From positions 576,001-640,000 of the forward strand of contig CAVVTZ010000009.1 of assembly GCA_963751275.1 (NCBI GenBank): 64,000 nucleotides of DNA, given 5' to 3'. The position numbers and the translations under genes were made by a program. This document shows, piece after piece, positions 21,132 to 32,187 of the stretch (its first letter is position 1; every line of letters begins with the position of its first letter). This DNA is from an uncultured Gemmatimonadaceae bacterium. Lineage in GTDB: Bacteria > Gemmatimonadota > Gemmatimonadetes > Gemmatimonadales > Gemmatimonadaceae. The notes beneath the pieces were generated by a model that was given only the letters and a program-made list of their open reading frames with translations, did no database searches and had not been told where the DNA came from.

Positions 21132-21712
21132 GCTGGGGCCGGGCACTGATCGCGGCGGTGGCGGCGGGCGTCATCATCGCGCTGCTGGCGTTCGGGATGA
21201 CGCGCGATCCGCGCTCCATCCCGAGTCCGCTGCCGGGGCAGGTCGCGCCGCACTTCGCGCTCGCGGTGTTCTCCTTCCCGTCGAACGGCCCGCAACCGCC
21301 GGCGGCGGTGACCACGCAGCTGCGCGACACCATCCGGCTCGACTCGCTCAAGGGGAAAGTGGTGGTGCTGAACTTCTGGGCGAGCTGGTGCCTGGCGTGC
21401 CGCGACGAACATGTGGCGCTCTCGGCCGCCGCTGAGGCGCTCAAGGGGACCGACGCGCACTTCTACGGCGTGCTCTACCAGGACATCCCGCAGAACGGAC
21501 GCGACTGGATCGCGAAGATGGGCGGGCAGTCGTACCCGGGCTTGTACGACCCGGATTCGCGCACCGCGATCGACTATGGATTGTACGGCGTGCCGGAGAC
21601 CTTCTTCATCGGGCGCAACGGCAAGGTCCGTTACAAATACGTGGGCGCGGTCACGACCGACATCCTGATGGACACCGTGCGGGCGATGCTCGCGGAGAAA
21701 TCGGCGCCATGA
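21128..21712 (+). CDS. ccmG: thiol:disulfide oxidoreductase CcmG/DsbE
   Basis: LNFWASWCLAC, YGVPETFFI. Confidence 0.9.
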   Translation: MSWGRALIAAVAAGVIIALLAFGMTRDPRSIPSPLPGQVAPHFALAVFSFPSNGPQPPAAVTTQLRDTIRLDSLKGKVVVLNFWASWCLACRDEHVALSAAAEALKGTDAHFYGVLYQDIPQNGRDWIAKMGGQSYPGLYDPDSRTAIDYGLYGVPETFFIGRNGKVRYKYVGAVTTDILMDTVRAMLAEKSAP

Positions 21713-22155
21713 GGAATGCGCTGAGGATCGCGTGCATCACGCTCGCGCTCGCGGCGGCGCAGTTAGCCCCCGCCCAGGGGCCGGAAGCGTCGGGGAAAAT
21801 AATTCCAGGGTCAGGGGATTCCCGACTGGACGACTCGGTCCGCGCCGTATCTTCCCAGCTACGATGCCCGGTCTGCCAGGGCGAATCGATCCAGGAATCA
21901 CCGGCGGAGCTGGCGAAGGAGATGCGGGACGTGGTTCGCGAGCAACTCGCGGCCGGCCGCTCGAGCGATGAAGTGAAGGCGTATTTCGTGAGCAAGTATG
22001 GCGAGTGGATCCTGCTGAAACCGGAAGCGCACGGAGCGAATCTCGCCGTCTATTTGTTGCCGTTGGCGTTGTTGTTGGGTGGGGCGGTGCTGATCGTCGT
22101 CGCAGTCCGGCGGTGGATCCGCCCGCGTTCGGAAGGACAAGTAGACTCGCCATAA
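21709..22155 (+). CDS. ccmH: cytochrome c biogenesis protein CcmH (N-terminal domain only)
   Basis: LRCPVCQGESI, YFVSKYGEWILLKP, C-terminal TM. Confidence 0.93.
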   Translation: MRNALRIACITLALAAAQLAPAQGPEASGKIIPGSGDSRLDDSVRAVSSQLRCPVCQGESIQESPAELAKEMRDVVREQLAAGRSSDEVKAYFVSKYGEWILLKPEAHGANLAVYLLPLALLLGGAVLIVVAVRRWIRPRSEGQVDSP

Positions 22156-22208
22156 TCCACCGGTCTCATGGGCGAGTCCTCGGTGAACGGTCAAAGGGAG
22201 AAGCGGCC

Positions 22209-23687
22209 ATGAGAGTGCCAAGTCATTCGGGCTGGATGCGGTTGATGGTGACGGTCGCGGCGGGCGCGGGACTGCTCGGCTGCACCGACACTGTCTACAA
22301 GGATTTCCCGGGATTCGCGCCGCCGCCCGCGGCCGCTGGATCGTATCTCGGTTATACGAGCAGCTCGGGGAAGCTCCCCGTCTGCGGCAATTGCCATGCG
22401 AGCCATCAGGCGCTGTGGAGCACCGCGAAGCACTCGACCGCGTGGGCCGATCTGCAAGCGAGCGGCCATGCGGGCCCGACGTGCAACGCGTGTCACTCCG
22501 TGAACAGCCTGGGCAATGACACCGGCACCGCGAAGAACGGCTATATCGGCTCGCCGACCGAGCGCTACCAGGACGTGCAGTGTGAAGCCTGCCACGGCCC
22601 CGGCCAGAACCATGTCGACAATCCGGAGACTATCGCGAGCCAGCCGGTGCCTTCGCTGTACGTTGGCGTGGGCGTGAACACGAGCTGCGGCGGCTGCCAC
22701 ACGGGCACGCACGAACCGTTCGTGGAGGAGTGGTCGCAGTCGGCGCACGGGATCGTGCCTGACTTCGCGGCCGGCGCGGGCAACACGTCCTGCCAGCCCT
22801 GTCACACAGGCCAGGTGGCCCTGAAGGCGACGATGGGCGTGACGACCACCTACAAGGAAATGAACAACCCGCTCACGACGCAGGGACCGAACGGCGCCCT
22901 CACGATCGTTTGCGCGGTCTGCCATGATCCGCACGGCAGCCCGAACAAGGGTCAGACCCGCTTCCCGGTGGACACCGTGGACGTCGCGACGAACCTGTGC
23001 GCGCGCTGCCACAACCGGAACGCGGCGCCGAACGCGAGCACCACGACCCGTGGGCCGCACGCGCCGGAAGGCCCGCTCCTCATCGGCGACAACAATGTGG
23101 GCTGGCGGCCGCCGAACATGACCGTGGACAACATCCATGGTACGCACGGCGACACGACGAAGAATACCGCGCTGTGCGCGACGTGCCACGTCTTCAAGAG
23201 CACATCCACTGACTCGAATGGCATCCAGTTCTTCTCGACGGGCCACCTCTTCCTGGCGATCCCGTGCACGGATGTCAACGGCAAGCCGATCCCGGGCGAC
23301 TGCACCGAGACGAGCCGCACGTTCAGTGCGTGCGCGTCGTCGACCTGCCATTCGTCGGGCGCGGTGGCGAAGAGCCTGATGGACAATGAAGTCGTCCAGA
23401 TCAACGCGCTGCTCAACACGCTGTACGGGTTGCTGACGAACCAGACCAAGGTCCCGTGCACGGCGTACACGTCGACGACCGGTTCCCCCTGGACCACTGC
23501 GCGTGGAGCACGCTTCAACTATCTGCTGGCCGCGCAGGCGGGAACGGCGGTAGCGGGGCAGATGTGCGGAAGCAACCTCGCGCTGCCTCCCGCAGTCAGC
23601 AAGCTTGGATCCGCGGTGCACAACGTGCCGCTGATGGAGCAGTTGCTGCAGAACAGCATCACGCAGGTGCAGCACGACTACCCGTAA
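22209..23687 (+). CDS. multiheme c-type cytochrome lipoprotein (8 CxxCH + 1 CX4CH)
   Basis: lipobox GLLGC; CGNCH, CNACH, CEACH, CGGCH, CQPCH, CAVCH, CARCH, CATCH, CASSTCH; helical C-terminus with AVHN. Confidence 0.9.
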   Translation: MRVPSHSGWMRLMVTVAAGAGLLGCTDTVYKDFPGFAPPPAAAGSYLGYTSSSGKLPVCGNCHASHQALWSTAKHSTAWADLQASGHAGPTCNACHSVNSLGNDTGTAKNGYIGSPTERYQDVQCEACHGPGQNHVDNPETIASQPVPSLYVGVGVNTSCGGCHTGTHEPFVEEWSQSAHGIVPDFAAGAGNTSCQPCHTGQVALKATMGVTTTYKEMNNPLTTQGPNGALTIVCAVCHDPHGSPNKGQTRFPVDTVDVATNLCARCHNRNAAPNASTTTRGPHAPEGPLLIGDNNVGWRPPNMTVDNIHGTHGDTTKNTALCATCHVFKSTSTDSNGIQFFSTGHLFLAIPCTDVNGKPIPGDCTETSRTFSACASSTCHSSGAVAKSLMDNEVVQINALLNTLYGLLTNQTKVPCTAYTSTTGSPWTTARGARFNYLLAAQAGTAVAGQMCGSNLALPPAVSKLGSAVHNVPLMEQLLQNSITQVQHDYP

Positions 23688-23743
23688 GCCGAACTCGCTG
23701 GACAGGAAGGGAGGCGACCTGTAGTCATAGAGTCGGGAATGGA

Positions 23744-23770
23744 CACCGGGGGGCGATCTGCCCCCCGGTG
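23744..23770 (+). terminator. intra-operon hairpin
   Basis: perfect 11-bp stem CACCGGGGGGC/GCCCCCCGGTG, no U-tract. Confidence 0.5.
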
Positions 23771-23802
23771 CATGTCCGGAACCCGCTCACCGAAGGGGTC
23801 AC

Positions 23803-25653
23803 GTGATCCAACAGCTGCCGCATACGATACCCGATTCCGTCCGCGACACCGCCGTGGTGAAGACACCGCTCCCCGGCGGCGTTGGCGTATTCGTGCGCTG
23901 GCTCATGAACCTGCCGTCGTGGATCCAGGCGACTGGCGCCGCGGTGGGCGCCGCGATTGGCATCGCGGTGGTCTGGTTCCTCTGGAAACACCGCAAGGCG
24001 ATCTGGGCGTGGCTCACCACGCGCTCGCGCGGGATGAAGATCGCGCTGGCGTCGGTGGCGTTCGTGGTGGTCGCCGGCGCCGTGGCGTTCGGGATGGTCA
24101 GCTGGCATTACATGATGCACAACAACGATTTCTGCGTCAGCTGCCACGTGATGACGAACGCGTACTCGCGCTTCCAGCACAGCGAGCACAACAAGCTCCA
24201 GTGCCACGACTGCCACCAGCAGTCGCTGTACGCGAGCATGCGGCAGCTCGTGCTCTGGGTGGCGGAGAAGCCGCAGGCGATCCCGCCGCACGCGAAGGTG
24301 CCGAACAACGTCTGCGGCAATTGTCATATCCGGGGTCCGGGGCAGGACAGCGTCTGGAAGGAGATCAGCGCGACGGCGGGTCACCGCGTGCATTTCACGT
24401 CGGATTCCGCGAGCCTCAAGAACCTCCAGTGCACGAAGTGCCACGGCCTGGAGGTCCATCACTTCGTGCCGGTGGATTCATCGTGCGGCCAATCGGGATG
24501 CCATCAGAACCTCCCGATGAAGATCGCGAAGATGAAGGACCAGACGTCGCTGCATTGCACCAAGTGCCACCAGTTCACGCGCGCGGTGGCGGAGAACATC
24601 CCGAACGATTCGGCCAAGCGCATGCTGCACCCGACGTTCGACCAGTGCCTCGGCTGCCACGAGATGAAGAAGGTGCTGGGCGAGTACGACCAGTCGAAGG
24701 ATCCGCACAAGGGCGTCTGCGGCTCGTGCCACAACCCGCACACCCAGGCGACGCCGCAGGTGGCGTGGACGAGCTGCCAGAACTCGGGGTGTCACGCGAA
24801 GCCGGAGACGCTCACGCCGTTCCACCGCGGCATCACGGTGGCGGCCCTGGACAAGTGCGAGACGTGCCACCAGGCGCACACGTGGACCGTGAGCGGCGAC
24901 AAGTGTCTCGTCTGTCACAAGAGCATCTTCGAAGACCGCCCGCCCGGCACGAAGTCGCTCGCCGGCGTGACCCCCGCGCAGCTCACCGCGTTCGGCGGCC
25001 AGTCGGGAGCGGCCGGCACCGGTTACACCGGTTCGGAACCGTTCTCGCACCGGCGCCATCGCGACCTGCAGTGCACCTCGTGCCACGGCACGGGTAAGGC
25101 GCACGGCGCGCTGCTGGTGAAGACGAAATCGGATTGCCAGAGCTGCCACCACGCGAACGCGAAGGTCACGGCGAGCGGATCCGTGTCGGGCCCGTCGTCG
25201 GCGAAGTGCACCGTGTGCCACACCACCGTGGGACTCCGGCAGGCGATCCCCGACACGTTGATGGTCAAGCTCTCCGTGTGGAAGGAGCCGCGCACCAAAG
25301 TGCTCTCCTTCCGCCATGACCAGCACGGTTTCGCGGATTGCCTCACGTGCCACGGCACGCCCGTGACGATGGTGGTGCCCGCCGACAAGAGCTGTGAGAG
25401 TTGCCACGCGAAGCACCATGTGGTGGACGCGTCGTGCCGCGCGTGTCACGCGACGCCCAAGGCGGCGCACACGCGCGAGGCGCATCTCGGATGTGAAGGT
25501 TCGCAATGTCACGCGCCGCAGACCGTCGCGGCGCTGCAGCCGAAACGGAACGTCTGCCTTACCTGTCACTCGGATAAGGTGACGCACAAGCAGGGCAAGG
25601 AGTGCGCGGCATGCCACCAAGTGCAGTGGCTCACCCAGCAGAAGGGCACATGA
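23803..25653 (+). CDS. membrane-anchored NapC/NrfH-like multiheme cytochrome (17 CxxCH + 3 CX4CH)
   Basis: two N-terminal hydrophobic helices, then FCVSCHVM (CxxCHxM); 20 heme motifs counted in the translation. Confidence 0.9.
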   Translation: MIQQLPHTIPDSVRDTAVVKTPLPGGVGVFVRWLMNLPSWIQATGAAVGAAIGIAVVWFLWKHRKAIWAWLTTRSRGMKIALASVAFVVVAGAVAFGMVSWHYMMHNNDFCVSCHVMTNAYSRFQHSEHNKLQCHDCHQQSLYASMRQLVLWVAEKPQAIPPHAKVPNNVCGNCHIRGPGQDSVWKEISATAGHRVHFTSDSASLKNLQCTKCHGLEVHHFVPVDSSCGQSGCHQNLPMKIAKMKDQTSLHCTKCHQFTRAVAENIPNDSAKRMLHPTFDQCLGCHEMKKVLGEYDQSKDPHKGVCGSCHNPHTQATPQVAWTSCQNSGCHAKPETLTPFHRGITVAALDKCETCHQAHTWTVSGDKCLVCHKSIFEDRPPGTKSLAGVTPAQLTAFGGQSGAAGTGYTGSEPFSHRRHRDLQCTSCHGTGKAHGALLVKTKSDCQSCHHANAKVTASGSVSGPSSAKCTVCHTTVGLRQAIPDTLMVKLSVWKEPRTKVLSFRHDQHGFADCLTCHGTPVTMVVPADKSCESCHAKHHVVDASCRACHATPKAAHTREAHLGCEGSQCHAPQTVAALQPKRNVCLTCHSDKVTHKQGKECAACHQVQWLTQQKGT

Positions 25654-27113
25654 GCCTTCGCGTCCGGGCCGCCGCCGCGCTGCTCGCGGCGCTCGCCGCC
25701 GCGATGCCGGCCGCGGCGCAGGAAGTCCGCGTCGGCGGCTCCACGGTGGGGCAGGTCGTCCAGCTCCCGACGCTCATCCTCGACAGCATTCCCGTCGGCC
25801 AGACCACCGGCACCGGCACCTACCGCCAGACGCCGCAGGGCTACGTCGCGTATTGCCAGACCGGCTTCCCCTACTGCCTGTACCAGCGTTCCGGTCCGAC
25901 GATCACCACGGAGCCGCTCACGCAGGACATCGAGGTGAACGCATTCGGTTTCGGCCAGGGGCTGCGCTTCTACGGCGACGTGCGCTTCCGCACGACGGGC
26001 GGCAACCAGGCGTGGCCGTTGGCGTCACAGACATTCTCGGCGCTCGCGGTGTTCCTCGAATACGACCGCAGCGACTGGCGCGGGCGCCTCGGAAGGCAGT
26101 TCACGCAGAACGGGCTGGGCTACTACAACTACGACGGACTCTCGGTGCTCTGGCGCGCGAAGCCGTGGATCGACGCCGAACTCTACGGCGGCGGCGCACT
26201 CATGGAAGGCGTGAACGCGCCGTACACGAACACGGTGATCACGGATCCGCAGGATCCGCCGGTGCCGAACAACAACGCGTGGCTGGTGGGCGCGCAGGTG
26301 CGCGCGCACTGGCAGGATGGGTCGTCGGTGTCCGGCATCTTCCAGCTCATCGACCGCGACGACCTGCACGGCATTTACTCCGAACGGCTCGCGATCAACG
26401 GCGCGTTCCACGCCGGCAAGACGGCGATCACGGCGGACCTGCAGAACGATTTCGCGACGCAGCAGGTGAACCTCTTCCAGGCGCGCGGGACCTACCCGCT
26501 GCAGAACGGAACGGGAGTGTTCCTGGAAGTGCGCCACTACGTTCCCGTGTTCGAGCTGTATTCCATCTGGAGCGTGTTCGCGCCGGTGGGCTACAACGAG
26601 CTCACGGGCGGCGCGTTCTGGGCGGCGCGCGGCGGCGTGTTGTCGGCGCAGCTCTCGGGCGGCTACCGCGACTACCTGAACCCGAACGCGGGCACGGGCG
26701 CGCTGCGCACGCAGGGCTGGCGCGTGGGTGCGGACCTCACGTGGCAGGCGGCGCGCGAGTGGATCGTGCGCGGCGGCTACCATTACGACATCGGCCCGGG
26801 TGCGGCGGAGAGCGACGGCAGCTTCTCCGCGCGCTGGGAGCCGAGCGCGGACGTGTACGCCGGCGTCTTCGGCACGGCGTTCCAGACGGCGTACGAATAC
26901 GAGCAGGGATTCGGCAACGTGATCGGCGGCGGCGTGACCGCGGGCGTGAAGCTCAGCGATTGGGGACACCTGGGCGCCGATGTGGCCGAGTACCGGAACA
27001 CGTACGGCGGCAACGCGCCGCAGTCGGACTGGAATCAATTGCGCGCGACGCTGCGCTTCGACTTCCTCGTGGGACGCGAGCCCGGCTATTCGGGCGGTGG
27101 GGTGGTGCGATGA
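25650..27113 (+). CDS. putative outer-membrane beta-barrel (porin of a porin-cytochrome complex)
   Basis: signal peptide ending AAA-Q; many amphipathic aromatic strands (RLGRQF..YDG, WRVGADLTW, RATLRFDF); overlaps both flanking cytochrome genes. Confidence 0.75.
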   Translation: MSLRVRAAAALLAALAAAMPAAAQEVRVGGSTVGQVVQLPTLILDSIPVGQTTGTGTYRQTPQGYVAYCQTGFPYCLYQRSGPTITTEPLTQDIEVNAFGFGQGLRFYGDVRFRTTGGNQAWPLASQTFSALAVFLEYDRSDWRGRLGRQFTQNGLGYYNYDGLSVLWRAKPWIDAELYGGGALMEGVNAPYTNTVITDPQDPPVPNNNAWLVGAQVRAHWQDGSSVSGIFQLIDRDDLHGIYSERLAINGAFHAGKTAITADLQNDFATQQVNLFQARGTYPLQNGTGVFLEVRHYVPVFELYSIWSVFAPVGYNELTGGAFWAARGGVLSAQLSGGYRDYLNPNAGTGALRTQGWRVGADLTWQAAREWIVRGGYHYDIGPGAAESDGSFSARWEPSADVYAGVFGTAFQTAYEYEQGFGNVIGGGVTAGVKLSDWGHLGADVAEYRNTYGGNAPQSDWNQLRATLRFDFLVGREPGYSGGGVVR

Positions 27114-28642
27114 GCCGGCGGATGCTCCTTCCCTCGATCGCGGCCGCGGTGTGCGCGCTCGCGCTCGCCTTCGGGCCGGCCCGCGCGCAACAGGCCGACA
27201 GCTTCCCGCACAGCGCGCACGCGAAGGTGTTCCCATCGTGCACCGGCTGCCACGCCGGCATCGTGAGCGGCGACGCGAGCACCACATTCCCCGCGCCCAG
27301 CGCCTGCGCGGGCTGCCATGATGGGCAGCAGCGCTACGAAGGCCGCGTGCTGAAGGCGGTCACGTACAAGGGCGGCAGCTATCCGGCGACGAACCTGAAG
27401 TTCTCGCACGTCGAGCACGCGAAGGTGACGAACACCGCGGGCAGCACGCGCGCGTGCGTGGCGTGCCACCAGCGGCCGGGCGACACCGCGTTCATGGCGG
27501 TGGCGGGACCCGCGCCGGCGCTCTGTCTCGATTGCCACGAGCACGCGGCGCCGACGCACCTCGCCGAGTCGGCGAACTGCCGCACCTGCCACGTGCCGCT
27601 CGCGCAGGCGACCGCGCTCACCGCGGCCTCGATCGCGAAGTTCCCGAAGCCGGCCTCGCACGACGACAAGGACTGGCTGCTCTCGCACGCGCCGGCCGAC
27701 AGCGCCGCCGTGGCGCGCTGCGCCATGTGCCACACGCAGGAGAGCTGCGCGCGCTGCCACATCACGCCCGCGTCCACCAACGCGATCACGGCGCTCGGCA
27801 GCAATCCCACCGTGGCCGTGGCGCTCGCGGGCAAGGCCGCCAACTATCCGGTGCCGCCCAGCCATGCGGCGCCCGATTTCAAGGCGGCGCACGGGAAGGC
27901 GGCCAAGGAGAACCCGGCGACCTGCGCGAGTTGTCACGCGCAGCAGAGTTGTGAGACCTGCCATTTGAAGCGCGGGGCGGGCGGCGTGATCGCCAAGCTC
28001 CCCGTGCCGCACGCGGGCGGTGCGCAGGGCGTGCAGCTGCGCAGCGCGAGCGACTTCTCGCTCTTCGCGGCGGTGGCGTTCCGCGCGCCGGGATCGGGCC
28101 CGGTGAAGGGGCGCCCCGACGTGTGGAGCGTACGCGTGCACGACCCCGGCTTCGCGAAGAACCACCGCGCCGAGGCGTCGTCGGCGGCGCCCAACTGCCT
28201 GGGCTGTCACCAGAAGGTGTACTGCGCCGACTGTCACGACGGCGTGGGCCGCCTCAAGTACCACACCGCGGACTACGTGCAGGGGCACGCATCGAGCGCG
28301 TACGGCCGCGAGCAGGAATGCTCCGCCTGCCACAATACGCAGGCGTTCTGCCTCAGCTGCCACCAGAAGACCGGACTCGCGGCGAACGGCTCGATGACCG
28401 GCGTGATGCACAACCAGTCACCGAACTGGCTGCTCGATCATGGGGAAGCGGCGCGGCTCTCGCTGCCGAATTGCATCAGCTGCCACAAGCAGTCCGACTG
28501 CATCAAGTGCCACTCGACCACCACGTGGGGGATCAACCCGCACGGGCCGAACTTCGATGCCGACCGGATGGCGAAGCTGAACACCCAGATCTGCTACTAC
28601 TGCCACGTCACGAACCCGGTGAGCGGAAGCCGGACGCACTGA
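27110..28642 (+). CDS. periplasmic 16-heme c-type cytochrome
   Basis: signal peptide ARA-Q; 16 CxxCH motifs, including five doubled CxxCH-x4-5-CxxCH modules. Confidence 0.92.
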   Translation: MSRRMLLPSIAAAVCALALAFGPARAQQADSFPHSAHAKVFPSCTGCHAGIVSGDASTTFPAPSACAGCHDGQQRYEGRVLKAVTYKGGSYPATNLKFSHVEHAKVTNTAGSTRACVACHQRPGDTAFMAVAGPAPALCLDCHEHAAPTHLAESANCRTCHVPLAQATALTAASIAKFPKPASHDDKDWLLSHAPADSAAVARCAMCHTQESCARCHITPASTNAITALGSNPTVAVALAGKAANYPVPPSHAAPDFKAAHGKAAKENPATCASCHAQQSCETCHLKRGAGGVIAKLPVPHAGGAQGVQLRSASDFSLFAAVAFRAPGSGPVKGRPDVWSVRVHDPGFAKNHRAEASSAAPNCLGCHQKVYCADCHDGVGRLKYHTADYVQGHASSAYGREQECSACHNTQAFCLSCHQKTGLAANGSMTGVMHNQSPNWLLDHGEAARLSLPNCISCHKQSDCIKCHSTTTWGINPHGPNFDADRMAKLNTQICYYCHVTNPVSGSRTH

Positions 28643-28663
28643 CCGGGTTCGTGAGGGCCGGGC

Positions 28664-29119
28664 TCAGGTGCTCGGCGGCTTGGGCGCGGGCGGGGCGGTG
28701 TGCGCCTTCTTCATCAGGCTGTCGGTGAACACCTCTTGGCCGTTCGACGCGCGTGCGCTGAACGCCGCCATCGCGCTGTCCGCGAGCTGCTTGTTGCCGA
28801 GCTTGTCGGCGGCCATGTAGACGCCGTAGTAGGGCGCCGCGTTCGCGGGCGCGTACTTCACGGCGAGCTCGTACTTCGCCAGCGCCCCTTCATAGTTCCC
28901 CGCCTTGTACAGCACGTTGCCGCTGTCGAGCGCCGCCTTGGCGTTGGGCGACAGCAGCACGTGCGGATTGTTCATGCGCGCGGCGGCGGATGTGTCCACC
29001 GTGATCTGGCCGGGCTGCGCGCCGTCCGCGTCGCCCAACGGATGCTTGGGCGGCTCTTTGGACTGGCATGCCGCGGCGGCCAGCGCCGCGAGGATGATCC
29101 CGATACGTCTATGTGACAC
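28664..29119 (-). CDS. TPR-containing lipoprotein
   Basis: lipobox-like AAAAC; TPR-like LDSGNVLYKAGNYEGALAKYELAVKYAP. Confidence 0.75.
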   Translation of the reverse strand: MSHRRIGIILAALAAAACQSKEPPKHPLGDADGAQPGQITVDTSAAARMNNPHVLLSPNAKAALDSGNVLYKAGNYEGALAKYELAVKYAPANAAPYYGVYMAADKLGNKQLADSAMAAFSARASNGQEVFTDSLMKKAHTAPPAPKPPST

Positions 29120-29327
29120 GATCCTGTCTCCCGTGTTGGATTCGAAGTGCCGACCTGGACTGAACTTGCCTCCGGAATGGTCGCCTCCGGAAGCCCGGCA
29201 GACTGTCAGGAAAATGCCGCATCCCTGCCCGGCGAATTTCCGCTATTGAAAGGCTGGCCCGGCGCCAAGTTGCACTGGTCGTGGAGGACCTCGTTCGTAG
29301 GCCACACTGCCGGTCCCCGGAGGCTAC

Positions 29328-30465
29328 ATGTACCAAACTCTGATGCCCTGGTCTGCCGATGAAGGACTCGCGGCGAACCTGGAGCGGCGAGGGGTCAATC
29401 GCCGCGATTTCCTCGCGTACTGCGCCGAGCTCGCTGCGATCCTCGGCCTTTCGGCGGCAATGACCCCGCGGATCGCCGAAGCGCTCGAGAAGCTCAAGCG
29501 CCCCCCCGTCATCTGGCTGCAGCTGCAGGAATGCACCGGCTGTGTCGAGAGCGTGATCCGCACGTCGGATCCGACGATCGGTGATCTCCTGCTCGACACG
29601 ATCTCCCTGGACTTCCAGGAGACGCTGATGGCCGCCGCCGGCGATGCCGCCGAGCGTGCGAAAGAGCAGTCGATGAAAGACAACTATGGAAAGTACATCC
29701 TGCTCGTGACCGGCTCCGTGCCGCTCGGAGCGGATGGGATCTACACCACCATCGGCGGACGCACGGCCAAGGACCATCTCGAGACCGCGGCGAAGGGCGC
29801 GGCGGCGATCGTCGCGATCGGCGCGTGCGCGCATTTCGGCAGCGTGCAGAGCGCGAAGCCGAATCCGACGGGCGCGGTGGGCGTGGACCAGGTCATCAAG
29901 GACAAGCCGGTGGTGAACATCGCGGGCTGTCCGCCGATCGCCGAAGTGATCACGGGCACGCTCGTGCACTTCCTGACGTTCGGCCGGCTCCCCGAGCTCG
30001 ATGGCGACGGGCGTCCGCTCTTCGCGTACGGTTCGCGCATCCACGACCAGTGCCCGCGCCGCGCGAAATTCGACGCCGGCCAGTTCGTGCAGGCGTTCGA
30101 CGATGAGGGCGCGCGGAAGGGCTACTGCCTCTACCATGTCGGCTGTAAGGGACCGGCGACGTTCTCGCCGTGCCCGATCTTCATGTGGAACGGCCACACG
30201 AACTTCCCGATCGGCGCCGGGCACCCGTGCATCGGGTGCACCGAGCGGCATTTCTGGGACACGATGAGTCCCTTCTATACGCGCCTGCCGGATGTGTACG
30301 GCGTGGGCGTGGAGCGCACCGCCGACACTCTGGGTGCGGCATTGGCGATCGGCGCAGTAGCCGGCGTGGCGGCGCATGCCGCGGCGACGGGAATCCATCA
30401 GATCCAGACCCGCCGGCGCGAAGCCGCGGCGACTACGGGCGCCCCGGGCGCGGGAGGAAAGGGCA

Positions 30466-30473
<8 letters not shown>
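29328..30473 (+). CDS. hyaA: [NiFe] hydrogenase small subunit (Tat-exported, C-terminal anchor)
   Basis: NRRDFL Tat motif, ECTGC, GCPP, CLYHVGCKGP, GHPCIGC, C-terminal TM with His. Confidence 0.95.

Positions 30474-32183
<1,710 letters not shown>

Positions 32184-32187
<4 letters not shown>

Noticed and set aside
22209..23687. NrfA nitrite reductase paired with an NrfH-like neighbour
   Set aside because: No CxxCK active-site motif, a different heme count, and the porin context fits electron transfer better.
29255..29274. sigma54 promoter for the hydrogenase (TGGC...TTGCA)
   Set aside because: GG-to-GC spacing does not fit the strict -24/-12 geometry in the sequence as given.
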